Below, piece by piece: positions 25,396 to 37,885 of a DNA stretch of 64,000 nt. The notes beneath the pieces were generated by a model, which was not told the DNA's origin, ran no database searches, and saw only the letters and a list, made by a program, of their open reading frames with translations. Within the stretch, counting starts at the first letter, position 1, and the number at the start of each line of letters is the position of its first letter. This DNA is from Chiloscyllium plagiosum (lineage: Eukaryota): contig NC_057718.1 of the NCBI RefSeq assembly GCF_004010195.1, forward strand, positions 54,199,585 through 54,263,584, written 5' to 3'. The translations under genes and the position numbers were made by a program.

Positions 25396-26061
25396 TGTAG
25401 ACCTAAAATTTGAATTTAGGCAACCAGTATATGTAGATTTTTATTAACCACAAAATAGTTTTTCAATTTAAAAAAATACTATAAAATGGCTGAGAATACG
25501 ATTGAACCTTGTGAACCTGTACTGCTGATTTGTAGAATTAAGCTGAAATTCAAAGATAAGAGGACAATAGAGTTTTCATAAAATGAATACTGGCACATTA
25601 ATTGACCATTTGAACTAACATTCAACTGATACATGGCATGACAATTTACGTAAATAAGATTTCTTTTCCAAGGAATACCATTGGATTAGCCTGTTGTCAA
25701 TCATGTCACCATATTACAGTTGATTGGACTTTTCTTGTAATTAAGAACCCTTTCCCAGGAAATATCATTGGATTAACTTGCTGTAAATCATGTCACCTTA
25801 TTATATGTGATTGGTCTTTCTTGTAATTAAGGCTGTACTATCTCGGAAAAAAAACATAAATAATATGTAATTTTTAAATGTAATTGCTCAACTTCACCAT
25901 GGAACACAAAAGCCTTAACCTCTGTTTTGCTGGATAGAATTGCGTCAAGGTACCTTAATTCAATAAACTAATGCCCCTTGCTTTTTGAACAGACTGTATT
26001 CATTGATTCTTTTAACCAATCTTGAACCAAGAGGCCCCTCTTGAGGGGTCTTAGATCTTTA
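25396..26061 (+). repeat. 3' LTR of ERV-B
   Basis: PPT aaaggagggaa at 25385-25395, TG start, duplicated U3 unit, AATAAA near 25962. Confidence 0.85.
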
Positions 26062-26570
26062 CCTACTCCACCATTGAATAAGATCATAACTAATCTGATT
26101 GCAACTCAACTCCGCGTTCTCCTCAATAACCTTTGATTCCCTTGTCAGTCAAGGATCTACCTACTTCTACCTTAAAAATATTAAATGACTCTGTCTCCAT
26201 CTTTCTCTGGGAAAGAGAGTACCAAAGACTCTAAACCATGTATGCAAAAGATCTTCTCATCACATATTTTTAAACAATATATGTCCCTTAGTTCTAGTCC
26301 CTCCTACAAGAGTAAACATCCTTGTCGCATCCAGGATGTCAGATCATTCTCAGAACCTTATATATCTTAATAAGATTATCTCTTATTCTTCTAAATCTCA
26401 AAGGATACAGGAACTGCCACACCACAATATTATGTAGACAGTCCTGTCTGTCCAAACTTTCCTCATAAAATAAACTCCTACTCCCTCAATCCCAAGTATC
26501 AGTTGAGTCAACCTTCTCTGAATATCTTCTAATGCATTTGTATCTTTTTTAAAAATAAGGAGACCAAACC
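26062..26570 (-). mobile_element. CR1 3' fragment hosting ERV-B (tail at 21480-21529)
   Basis: KKDTNALEDIQRRLTQLILGIEG. Confidence 0.7.
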
Positions 26571-29409
26571 TATTCTCAATGAGCTGTACAATTGTACCAA
26601 AATAAAGAAAAAAGATGTAACAACTTATTAATAATAACAGAGCAAAGTGAAACAATAAGGTAATCTAATTAATGTCTCGGATGTGAACCCAATAACCTTT
26701 GTTGTCAGCCCCATTCATACAAAAAGCTGGCAGAGAAACAAATACAGTTGAGAGATAAATTAAAAGAAAAATAACAAAACTTGACAAACATATGGATGAC
26801 AATGGAATAGTGTAGGTTAGATGTGTTTCAGATTGGTTTCACAGGTTGGCACAACATTGAGGGCTGAAGGGCCTGTACTGCGCTGTAATGTTCTATAACC
26901 AAAAACTGCAAAGAAGACAGATGCTATGAAGCAGCATCTTAAAGATGAAAAAAGAGATAGAGATGGAACTCCACAGCTTAACGCAGGTCACTCATCCCCA
27001 TGATATCGGCTATGAAGGCTGGATGCTTCATTTTCAAAAAAAAGGAAAGGTTTGTAACAAGTGAGTGATTTAAATTAAGGCTGGGGACAATCGGGAAATG
27101 TTAGGGGCTCAGCAGGTATACAAGAACAAAATTCCAATCCTCAAAAAGAGTCGGTATGCTAGACATAGTCTCAGGATTCAGAGTAGAATCTAAGTTCTTT
27201 ATTTTACTGTGCAGAATGGAAGAATCCAAAGGCCATACCAAGAAGTAAAACACACTCATTGGCATTTGCAGCTCTTAGTGTTCTTTCATTAGGAGGGTCT
27301 TCACAAATTATTAGTCATCAAAACCATAATTATGTCATTTGTGGACTCACAATTTTGTGAAATGAGACAACTGCTGCCTTAATAGAAATTAGGGACATGC
27401 TGTCAGAATTGCCCTTTTAGCCCAACAAAACCAATTACATACTTGTGAAGGAAGGTGGATTTTGTGCTATAGTTAAAGGAAAATGCATTATGGGGGTCAC
27501 TGATCTTATCGAAAACATCACTAGACATATCGATAGTATTTGCACTTTTGTCAACCAAATGAATGAAGGTGCAGGACGGGGAGATTGGGGTTTTGGCTTA
27601 TGGTACAACTGGCTAATTAATATGGCTATGTATGGTGCTATTGTTTTAATTGTTTATTTTTGTTGGCATTGCTATAGTTAAGTGTATTATTGCTAAAATA
27701 TTAACTTCTATTGACAATATTGGTTCCACCCAGAAAATGCTTCTTCTCCACTTAAATCATGATGAGAAAGCATCATTGCCTGCCCCTCATTCCCATTCAG
27801 AGGAAAAGGAAGTATTGCAGTCTTTTGCTGCCATTGAATTGGATTAATTTGAACCGTGCCTTTATGGTGCGGTCATAGAATGACCAAAGGAGGGAATGTA
27901 GACCTAAAATTTGAATTTAGGCAACCAGTATATGTAGATTTTTATTAACCACAAAATAGTTTTTCAATTTAAAAAAATACTATAAAATGGCTGAGAATAC
28001 GATTGAACCTTGTGAACCTGTACTGCTGATTTGTAGAATTAAGCTGAAATTCAAAGATAAGAGGACAATAGAGTTTTCATAAAATGAATACTGGCACATT
28101 AATTGACCATTTGAACTAACATTCAACTGATACATGGCATGACAATTTACGTAAATAAGATTTCTTTTCCAAGGAATACCATTGGATTAGCCTGTTGTCA
28201 ATCATGTCACCATATTACAGTTGATTGGACTTTTCTTGTAATTAAGAACCCTTTCCCAGGAAATATCATTGGATTAACTTGCTGTAAATCATGTCACCTT
28301 ATTATATGTGATTGGTCTTTCTTGTAATTAAGGCTGTACTATCTCGGAAAAAAAACATAAATAATATGTAATTTTTAAATGTAATTGCTCAACTTCACCA
28401 TGGAACACAAAAGCCTTAACCTCTGTTTTGCTGGATAGAATTGCGTCAAGGTACCTTAATTCAATAAACTAATGCCCCTTGCTTTTTGAACAGACTGTAT
28501 TCATTGATTCTTTTAACCAATCTTGAACCAAGAGGCCCCTCTTGAGGGGTCTTAGATCTTTACCTACTCCACCATTGAATAAGATCATAACTAATCTGAT
28601 TGCAACTCAACTCCGCGTTCTCCTCAATAACCTTTGATTCCCTTGTCAGTCAAGGATCTACCTACTTCTACCTTAAAAATATTAAATGACTCTGTCTCCA
28701 TCTTTCTCTGGGAAAGAGAGTACCAAAGACTCTAAACCATGTATGCAAAAGATCTTCTCATCACATATTTTTAAACAATATATGTCCCTTAGTTCTAGTC
28801 CCTCCTACAAGAGTAAACATCCTTGTCGCATCCAGGATGTCAGATCATTCTCAGAACCTTATATATCTTAATAAGATTATCTCTTATTCTTCTAAATCTC
28901 AAAGGATACAGGAACTGCCACACCACAATATTATGTAGACAGTCCTGTCTGTCCAAACTTTCCTCATAAAATAAACTCCTACTCCCTCAATCCCAAGTAT
29001 CAGTTGAGTCAACCTTCTCTGAATATCTTCTAATGCATTTGTATCTTTTTTAAAAATAAGGAGACCAAACCTATTCTCAATGAGCTGTACAATTGTACCA
29101 AAATAAAGAAAAAAGATGTAACAACTTATTAATAATAACAGAGCAAAGTGAAACAATAAGGTAATCTAATTAATGTCTCGGATGTGAACCCAATAACCTT
29201 TGTTGTCAGCCCCATTCATACAAAAAGCTGGCAGAGAAACAAATACAGTTGAGAGATAAATTAAAAGAAAAATAACAAAACTTGACAAACATATGGATGA
29301 CAATGGAATAGTGTAGGTTAGATGTGTTTCAGATTGGTTTCACAGGTTGGCACAACATTGAGGGCTGAAGGGCCTGTACTGCGCTGTAATGTTCTATAAC
29401 CAAAAACTG

Positions 29410-30330
29410 CAAAGAAGACAGATGCTATGAAGCAGCATCTTAAAGATGAAAAAAGAGATAGAGATGGAACTCCACAGCTTAAGGCCTTGGTACTGCCACT
29501 ATTAAAATTAGGATGCTCAAGCAGTAGGAATTCATGAATGCGACCACCTCACAGATACCTCAGAGGATTTTGTGGATGGATAGACTACAGAAGTGGCTAG
29601 GGCACTCAAACTCAGGATTCTCAAACAAGAAGCGTTTAAATTCTAGACATTATTTAACAGGGACCTGATGGATGTTGGTAAGCATGGGTTGATGGACGGA
29701 TGAGACTTGGTGTGAATTAGCACACAGGCAGCTTTGTTTGAACAAGAAAGATTTTGGAGAATAGAAAATAGGCAACATTACAGGAGTGGATTTGACCAGT
29801 TGAGTCTGAAAGTAACAAATGCATGGATTACGGTTTCACTAGCAGATGAGCTGTGGGGGGAATGTGGTTGATGTTTGGAGCTAAAATGGAAAGAATTAGT
29901 GATGGTATGAATATGTGATCAGAAAGTCATCTTGAGGATAAATGCTGGAATTGTCTGGTTCAGGATCAGAGAGTTGCCAGGATGTGGGATAGAGTTAATG
30001 ACGAGGCAATGGATTTTTGTATCAGGGACTGAAAACAATGGCTTCAGTCTTTCCAGTGCATAGTTGGGGAAGAAGGTTCTGCTCATATAATGCTGGATGA
30101 TAGACAGCAGTCAGACAACTTGGAGACAGGGGAGGGCTTGAGAGAGAGGTGGTGGTATCACAAAGCTGCATGTAAGCAATGTAGATGCAGCAACTGATGC
30201 TGTGTTTTGCAATAATGTTGCTGACTGGCAGCACAGAGATGAGAAGAAAGAGTGGGCTAAGGCCAAATCATTGGTGGGCACAGTGCTGAAGTGGGAAGTG
30301 ATGTCATTGCAGAGCGATTAATGCGGATGC
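29410..30330 (-). mobile_element. L2-like LINE RT 3' fragment
   Basis: QNLLPQLCTGKTEAIVFSP resembles the L2 LQLNxxKTEAIVF motif. Confidence 0.6.
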
Positions 30331-31384
30331 AGTGGTGTAATGGTAACTCAACAAATCAGTCCGCAATATAATGAAACCCATAAAACAACCAAGCAATCAG
30401 CATAATGAAAATGTGCTGAGGTTTCTCCAGATGTCTGGAGATCCATTGAGTATTCACCAACCTCCATCTCCAGAACTGTCAAAATGTACTGTACTCAGCA
30501 CAACATTACACAGCCAAGATGTGTGGACCTGCAGGAGGAACAAGGCACCAATCACAGAGCCTTTTCACATAATACTGAGAAGAAACAAGATGATAAGCTG
30601 GAAGAACATGATGTAACCTCCACCAGTTCCCATGATTCACTTGAAGACCGCATAGGAAATTAAGAACACAAATTGGAACTGTCAAGGTAAGAAAGCTTTA
30701 AGTAAGCATGATGCATATGATCAAAATTCACTTGTTGCTGACATCAAATCATCAAGAGACCTATAAGCAAGATAATGACACATGTTGCACTGCTGGATGG
30801 AAAACATTTGTTTCGGGTGACTTTGAAGAAACTGCATGATATTGCAAAAGATGAGGGCTAGTATGAGTGATAAATGGGCAAATAGGGATGTGAGGAAGGA
30901 CACAGAGAGAAAGGCTATATACATCTGCAATGTAAGTCACTATGAAAGAATGCAGCGCTTGATTAAGCATGAAAAACCAAATCAAGGGATTTGGATAATA
31001 TGTTCATAAGGATACAACTATACTTACTTTTCCTGTCATTCTTATGTCATTAATCCACTTTGGGCTTTGAATCCAAGAGCATGGCACCATAATCCATTTG
31101 CTGCACACTTCCTTCTTCCCTCCAGGCACAGCTTCTTAGTTTTACTGGCAGACTTTTCCAAGTTTCATTGGGAAATTTATTCGATCCATTAGTACCTCTG
31201 AATGTGTTCAGGAACAGGGTCTGTTTGGTTGAAAATCTCACTGTTTTCACCAATTTACCTTTCAGTTTTGATGTGGAGATATCGGTGTTGGACTGGGGTG
31301 GACAAAGTTTAAAAATCACACAACATCTGGTTTGACGCCTCTTTGTGCTTCACCTCATGCTCATTTAGTCTTAATATTCAGGAT

Positions 31385-31727
31385 GTGTATTTAGTGATAT
31401 TGTTGCTAGACTATTAATCCAGAGACCCAGGTAATATGCTGGGGACCTGGGTTTGAATCTTACCATGGCAGACAGTGGAATTTGAATTCATTTTTAAAAA
31501 GCTGAATTAAGAGTCTAATGATGGTTGTGAAGCAATTGTTGGTAAAAACCTGTTTGGTTCACTAAAGCCCTTTCGGGAAGGGAACTGCTGTCCTTACCTG
31601 TCAGGCCTATATGTGACTCTAGGCTCACATCAATGTGGTTGAATCTTAAACTGCCTTCTGGGTAAGAAGGGAAGGGCAATAAAGGCTAGCCAGTGATGGC
31701 CGCATTCTGTGAATGAATTAAAAAAAC
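31385..31727 (+). mobile_element. tRNA-headed SINE / bipartite derivative of LINE family B
   Basis: Box-B-like gggtttgaatc; body matches 61315-61830; 3' end gggcaataaa..gccagtgatg..tgaatgaattaaaa matches LINE B tails near 41400 and 63120. Confidence 0.7.
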
Positions 31728-32869
31728 CACAGTTCTCCAAAAGAAATTTTAAGAGAAGCCATCAGCAGTGTTTTTGAAAGTTGTAGATGGAATGTGAATG
31801 GGACATGCATTGTCCATATTTATCCAAAAACTGTAAAGAGGTGGAATTGGGCTTGGTGTAGTTAGATTTTAACTTGACCTTTCTCATAGTACATTCACAG
31901 TCATAAGCAACAAGGTCATCACAGCCATTTGATATTAAAATGTGACTGAAGTACTCATTTATGTCATTGTATTTTAAATCAGTGTATTAAAAGGAGCCAT
32001 TCCTGAAACAAATAATTGCAAAAGTAATGAATTTGATTGAGTTATGTTGTAATGAATGCATTAATGTAATTCATAATCATATTAGAAAGACTGAATTTTA
32101 ATTGAAGTATTAGCGAATAATCACTGCATAAGTTGAAAGACACTCCCACATGAGAAAGTGCAGTTTCAGCCAAACTTGTTCAAACAAGGGACCCTTTCTG
32201 GAATCCTGATAAGGTCCATGAGACTGTTCACCAGGGCTGTGCAAGGTGCCTTTCTTCATGAATCAGTAGTGCAGAAACAAATTAAAGGGACAGTGCGAGG
32301 AAACCACATTGTATTCCTCTCTGAAACACTGAGAACAGACAACTCCAGCAGACAAGAAGTAAGAAAAACCTAGACCAATCTATCCAACAACTGTTCAAGC
32401 AGGAGTTCCCAAACTGTGCATCCTGACGCTCAATGAGGCCATAGGATAAGGAATTGGGGTCCAAATATCGCAGGGGAGGTTGATCTGGAATATTGACAGG
32501 ATGTCCTAATCTAGTTCAGTTAAATTCAGCACTTGGGTGATGGTGTTATACTGTATCTAGAATTGTTATAACACTCTGTACCTTGCCTGAGGTACTATAG
32601 ATATGGTTATCGCCATTCTGTAATAATCACACTGCTGAGTCACTTCCTGCCTTGAGTAAGATCAGCATGTGCCTATTCATCCTGACTGTCCCTTCAGGGG
32701 TTCTGACAACAAACAATCTCAGTTGCTGTTTCTCTGATGACCATAGCTACTGATTTTCTGTTCCTTAACCAGACTCTCCATCCTGGATTAATGTTTGACA
32801 AGGTTTTCACTCTGCGTCGAGTTACTCTGCCGCTTTCTGTTGTTTTAGGATAAGGGGTAGCAGATGTAA

Positions 32870-33135
32870 AACAGAGGTGAGGCAAAATGACTTCTCTCAA
32901 AGTGTTGTGAATCTGTGGAATTCACTATCCTAGAGTGGGGGGGGATGCTGAGACATTGAATACATTTAAGGAGGAGATAGACAGATTTTTATTTAGCAAT
33001 GGGTTCAAGGTTATGGAGACCAGGAAGGTAAATGTAGCTGTAGCCAATATGAGATCAGCCATGATTGTATCAAATGGCAGAGCAGGCTCAAAGGGCTGAA
33101 TTGCCTACTCTCATTCTTTGTTCTTATGCTCTTAT
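32870..33135 (+). mobile_element. CR1 3' fragment
   Basis: ttctctcaaagtgttgtgaatctgtggaa...atcagccatgatt...ttcttatg tail. Confidence 0.7.
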
Positions 33136-33716
33136 GACAATGAAACTATTAAAATATAAGCAATACTCAATGTTTATGAATTTTCCCTGAGATTTATTAG
33201 TTAAAGTTTAGGAATGTAGGAAAGAACCCTAATCAGATGTTTGCAGAATTTGCAAGTGGAAAAGAAATGATGTGGAATGAGTGGTTTTGATCACTGAAGT
33301 TTAAGATTTTTGAGTATTCATGATGATGGAAGAATTCCAAAACAATGTTTTAACAATCCTTAAGACTTTATTTCGATGAATGACAAGTATCAAAGATTGG
33401 GAAGTGACAGCCCTGGTGAATACCTATGATATCACAGAGAGAAAATTACATATGGGGAAATGGTCACATGGAACCATCAAAGAAACTGGAAGAACAGAAA
33501 ATCTGGGAATGGAAACGACATTAGCTTTGGGGAATAAACAGAAGGATGACAAAATAATAAAGGGAAAAATGTTAGAATCTAAAAGTGATATAAATAAAAT
33601 AATTAATTTCCATTGTAATAAGATTGGATATAATAAAGCTAATTACTGCAAGTTTTATTTATTGAAAGTGAATATGAAGGCAAACCAATGTAGTAATTAA
33701 AATGAACTTGAGTTGG

Positions 33717-34330
33717 CTATCTTGTACAACCTAACATTGCTGATGTCATTGATTCCTGCTTTTGGAGCATTTTAATGGGCTTTGGGGAGAGTGGCAATAT
33801 TGTGTTGGAGCTAGTGTCTCTTGTACTAATTTTGGACCTTGATTTTAGTCTGTGCAGTTCCAATGTTGCCTGTTCCAATGTTAGATCCTCCTTAAATTGA
33901 AGTAAGTCAGACAGCTTCTCCTTTCTGACACTGACCATAATACAGTCTCCAATGAATTCATCCTTCAAAGCTATGTACCCGCAACGTCATGCTAGACAAA
34001 ATGCATCCATTAAAAAGCCTTCTATCGATTCTCCCAAACACTGAGATTGCTAATTAAATCTTGCATGTTCTATCACTAAATTTCTTGTGGGCTAAGTTAC
34101 ACATTGAACACTTTAATCAATGCTTAACAGTCTGTAGTGCTTTTTATCACAACTTGCCTTAACAGAATTTCATTTACTGGGAGGTTATATTACATAAAAA
34201 TGTGCTAATTTGTTTGTTCTGCTCCTTCATGTGTAAGTCTGAAGTTATCTATAACACTGAAACTGCACATTCTTGGTCCACTCTGGGCCTTTCGCGTACT
34301 CAAATGTTTGAGGAAATAGCAAGCTCTCAA
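33717..34330 (-). pseudogene. gag: Gypsy-type gag remnant
   Basis: KDEFIGDCIMVSVRKEKLSDLLQFKEDLTLEQA resembles the gag motif DELIRDRIVxGxxD..LTLEKA. Confidence 0.6.
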
Positions 34331-34473
34331 CAAAGGTGGCCATTCCTATGCACTACACCACCTGACAGATATGATTTGACTTGATTTGATTTTAACTTCA
34401 TATCCACGCTGTGGAAGATACTCTGTCTGTATGTTTAGGAGCAATATCACTGCAAGGTGGAGCAACTCCAACA

Positions 34474-35354
34474 AATTGGAGGTGTAGTGGACAGTGAAGA
34501 GGGTTACCTCAGATTACAACAGGATCTTGACCAGATGGGCCAATGGGCTGAGAAGTGGCAGATGGAGTTTAATTCAGATAAATGCGAGGTGCTGCATTTT
34601 GGGAAAGCAAATCTTAGCAAGGAGTGCTGCTGAACAAAGAGACCTTGGAGTGCAGGTTCATAGCTCCTTGAAAGTGGAGTCGCAGGTAGATAGGATAGTG
34701 AAGAAGGCATTTAGTATGCTTTCTTTTATTGGTCAGCGTATTGAGTACAGGAGTTGGGAGGCCATGTTGCGGCTGTACAGGACATTGGTTAGGCCACTGT
34801 TGGAATATTGCATGCAATTCTGGTCTCCTTCCTATCAGAAAGATGTTGTGAAACTTGAAACGGTTCAGAAAAGATTTACAAGGATGTTGCCAGGGTTGGA
34901 GGATTTGAGCTACAGGGAGAGGCTGAACAGGCTGGGGCTGTTTTCTCTGGGGCAACAGAGGCTGAGGGGTGACCTTATAAAGGTTTACAAAATTATGAGG
35001 GGCATGTATAGGGTAAATAGACAAAGTCTTTTCCCTGGAGTCAGTGAGTCCAGAACTACAGGATATAGGTTTAGAATGAGAGGGGAGAGATATAAAAGAG
35101 AACTAAGGGGCAACTTCTTCCACACAGAGGGTGGTACGTGTATGGAATGAGCTGCCAGAGGAAGTGATGGAGGCTAATACAATTGCAACATTTAAGAGGC
35201 ATTTGGATGGGTATATGAATAGGAAGGGTTTGGAGGGATATGGGCCAGGTGCTGGCAGGTGGGACTCGATTGGGTTGGGATATCTGGTCGGCATGGACGG
35301 GTTGGACTAAAGGGTCTGTTTCCATACTGTACATCTCTATGACTCTATGACTCT
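34474..35354 (+). mobile_element. Young 5'-truncated CR1 LINE
   Basis: RT C-terminus in ORF 34494..35150, (GACTCTAT)n tail, candidate TSD aacaaat (34470-34476, 35355-35361), short internal deletion near 34620. Confidence 0.92.
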
Positions 35355-35964
35355 AACAAATATATATGCGCAGAAATGCAATGCTGCAGTGTGACATTGT
35401 CTGAAATTAAATTAATTCAGTCTTGCACAAATTAAAAATTTCCTACGCAGCATTACTCATTAGCCCCAGGTCTACCATCATACAGCACGTGAAAGGAATT
35501 TGTTGAGAGAAATCAGTTGTCCAAATCTATTCACATTCCTCAGTCTCAAAGATTGGTCAAGTTCTTTCATTTCTAATAATTCCATGTTTTGTCATCAGAT
35601 ATGATGAGTGAATAAACTCAAAATGTCACAAACAAGAAGAACAATAATGAAGTAATTTTATTCTTGTTTGAGAGTTTGACCATTTTGACAATGAAATAGG
35701 TTGCAAACAGAAAGAATTATCTGATTGTGCCTGTTCAAGTTGTTGGATCACAACAACCATTATTTCTGGTGGTGTCCTATCTCCTGCTTTGGGAACATAT
35801 ATTTCATTTTACATGAGCTGACATCATGCTATATCTTGTGCTTGAACCTAATACCGCTCCTTGAACATTCAGGTATGGGTCTGGATTATCTCTGGGTTTT
35901 AAGTGTCTGCACACACTGTTACTGAGACTGCTTGCACCTTATAACTAAGTAAGTTTTTTTTAAA

Positions 35965-36298
35965 ATTAGATTAAATTCCCTACAGTATGGAAACAGGCCA
36001 TTTGGCCCAACTAGTCCACACTGACCCTCCAAAAAGCAACCCACCCAGATCCATTCCCCTACCCTATATTTACCTCTGACTAATGCACCTAACGTTATAG
36101 GCAATTTAGCATGGCCAATTCACCTGACCTGCACATCTTTGGATTGTGGGAGGAAACCAGAGCACCCAGAGGAAACTCATGCAGACACAGAGAGAATGTG
36201 CAAACTCCACACAGACAGTCATCTGAGGTGGGAATCAAACCTAGGTCCCTGGGGAGGTGAGACAACAGTGCTAACTACTGAGCCACTGTGTCACCCCC
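35965..36298 (-). mobile_element. HE1-type SINE
   Basis: Reverse complement of SINE consensus elements. Confidence 0.88.
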
Positions 36299-36534
36299 AG
36301 TTCTTCAACTCCATATGTATTGTAACACTCCTTTGATACATGCACATACTAGGTTATCAAATACAGCTCTCAATATTTAGTTGAAGCTTTCTATCTTGCA
36401 GTTATCAGGACAATTTACAAGAAACAGCAAAGTATAGAGAAAACTATATTAAAGGAGAGTGCTGATACATTGGCAAATGAACTCTGATTTGTAGAGGTGT
36501 TGTCATGGAGAATACACCAGTTAATGATAACTGT

Positions 36535-36848
36535 AGTTAGAATCGCCACAGTGTGGAAACAAACCATTCAGCCCATCAAGTCTACACAGACAAACAAACC
36601 ACCCAGACCCATCTCCCTAACCTTTCATTTCTCATGGCTAATCCACCAAACCTGTACAACCCTGGACACCATTATCAATTTAGTATGGCCAATCCACCTA
36701 ACTTGCACATCTTTGGAAGGAAACCCATACAGACACAAAAACAATGTGCAACCTCCACATGGACAGTCACCCAGGGCTGGAATCAAGCCCTGATTGATGC
36801 CTTGCACTGTGACGCCACAATGCTAACCACTGAGCCACCATGCCACCC
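36535..36848 (-). mobile_element. HE1-type SINE (diverged)
   Basis: Reverse complement of SINE head and core. Confidence 0.8.
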
Positions 36849-37729
36849 AATCAAGTGACAAGATTTGTTTAAATTTTAATGCAGGTGATTTAGAGTCATA
36901 CAGCATAGAAACATTGACTGGGATAGATCAAGGAATTGCCGTGAGAAATGATCAGAGAAAATCTATCAGTTATTTTGTTGATTTGAAAAAAGACACAGTG
37001 TGCACATACGCTAAATACCTGTAAAGACGAGGGCCCCGTGTATTATTAGATTTCTGTACACACAGATGCATCATACTTACCTGTTGCTCAAACTTAAGAT
37101 AGTCTCCAAGGTAATCTGAAATGAATAGAAGGCTTTGCATGGACTAGCTGTGATAGTCAGGGTCATTCATGAATCAGTGCAATATGCAGTGAAAAATGAT
37201 CTATCAGAAATTGCCATTAACCTGCAGCTTTTTCACATTGCTGCAATGCAATAGCAAGACAAGTAACAGGAAACTGCCTTCAAACTAAAAGGACATTCTA
37301 TCACAAATTATCAATATGGTATATGAATTTTAATACCACCCGTATAATGAGAGATATGGAGACCATTAGCTCCAAAACCTAGTGCATCATATCAAGCACC
37401 TTATCCCTTCAGATGGTCATAACAGCAAGATACTGACTACACCCCATGGTTACAAAATTCAATACAGAAGTTCTATACTGTCAATTGACTATTTCTTACA
37501 ATGGATAAATTTCTTATGGATTGGAATCGCTACCAAAATGAACTACAAATTAATTAATTTTCTCTGCAGGATCCTCCAACAAGCATAGAATCCAATTTAC
37601 TTTTGGCAGCAAACTATCTCAATTTCTTCCTTCCAACCACCTTGACTTCCCATTGCCTCCATTTGCTTTTCTGGCAAGAAATGAGCGCCAGTTGAAAACA
37701 ACTGCCCAATAGTATTATACAAAAGAGAC

Positions 37730-37885
37730 AAAAAAGAAATTGCTGGAAAAGCTCAGCAGGTCTGTTCTAAGGAAAGGTCACTGGACACGAAATGTTAACC
37801 TCTGATTTCTATCCACAGATGCTACCAAACCTGCTGAACTTTTCCAGAAATTTCTATTATTTATCCTGATTTACAGCATCCACTA
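37730..37885. mobile_element. Degenerate PLE terminal fragment with inversion
   Basis: gctggaaaagctcagcaggt pairs with acctgctgaacttttccag; decayed hammerhead core. A related piece lies at 41795-41893. Confidence 0.6.

Larger units (their letters stand above)
21530..26061 (+). mobile_element. Degenerate class I (gamma/epsilon-like) ERV-B with internal inversion
   Basis: CCTA TSD at 21526-21529 and 26062-26065 inside a CR1 tail that rejoins (ggagccta|ctccaccattgaataagatcat). Contains env TM, PPT, 3' LTR, and gag and RNase H remnants. Confidence 0.8.
24481..29482. repeat. Tandem duplication, 2 x 2501 bp (24481-26981 and 26982-29482)
   Basis: ORF sets repeat at a +2501 offset; I noticed only one substitution (G25266 versus A27767). 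Confidence 0.97.

Noticed and set aside
31028..31198. Minus-strand coding exon with gtaagt donor
   Set aside because: All three frames hit a stop before the donor.
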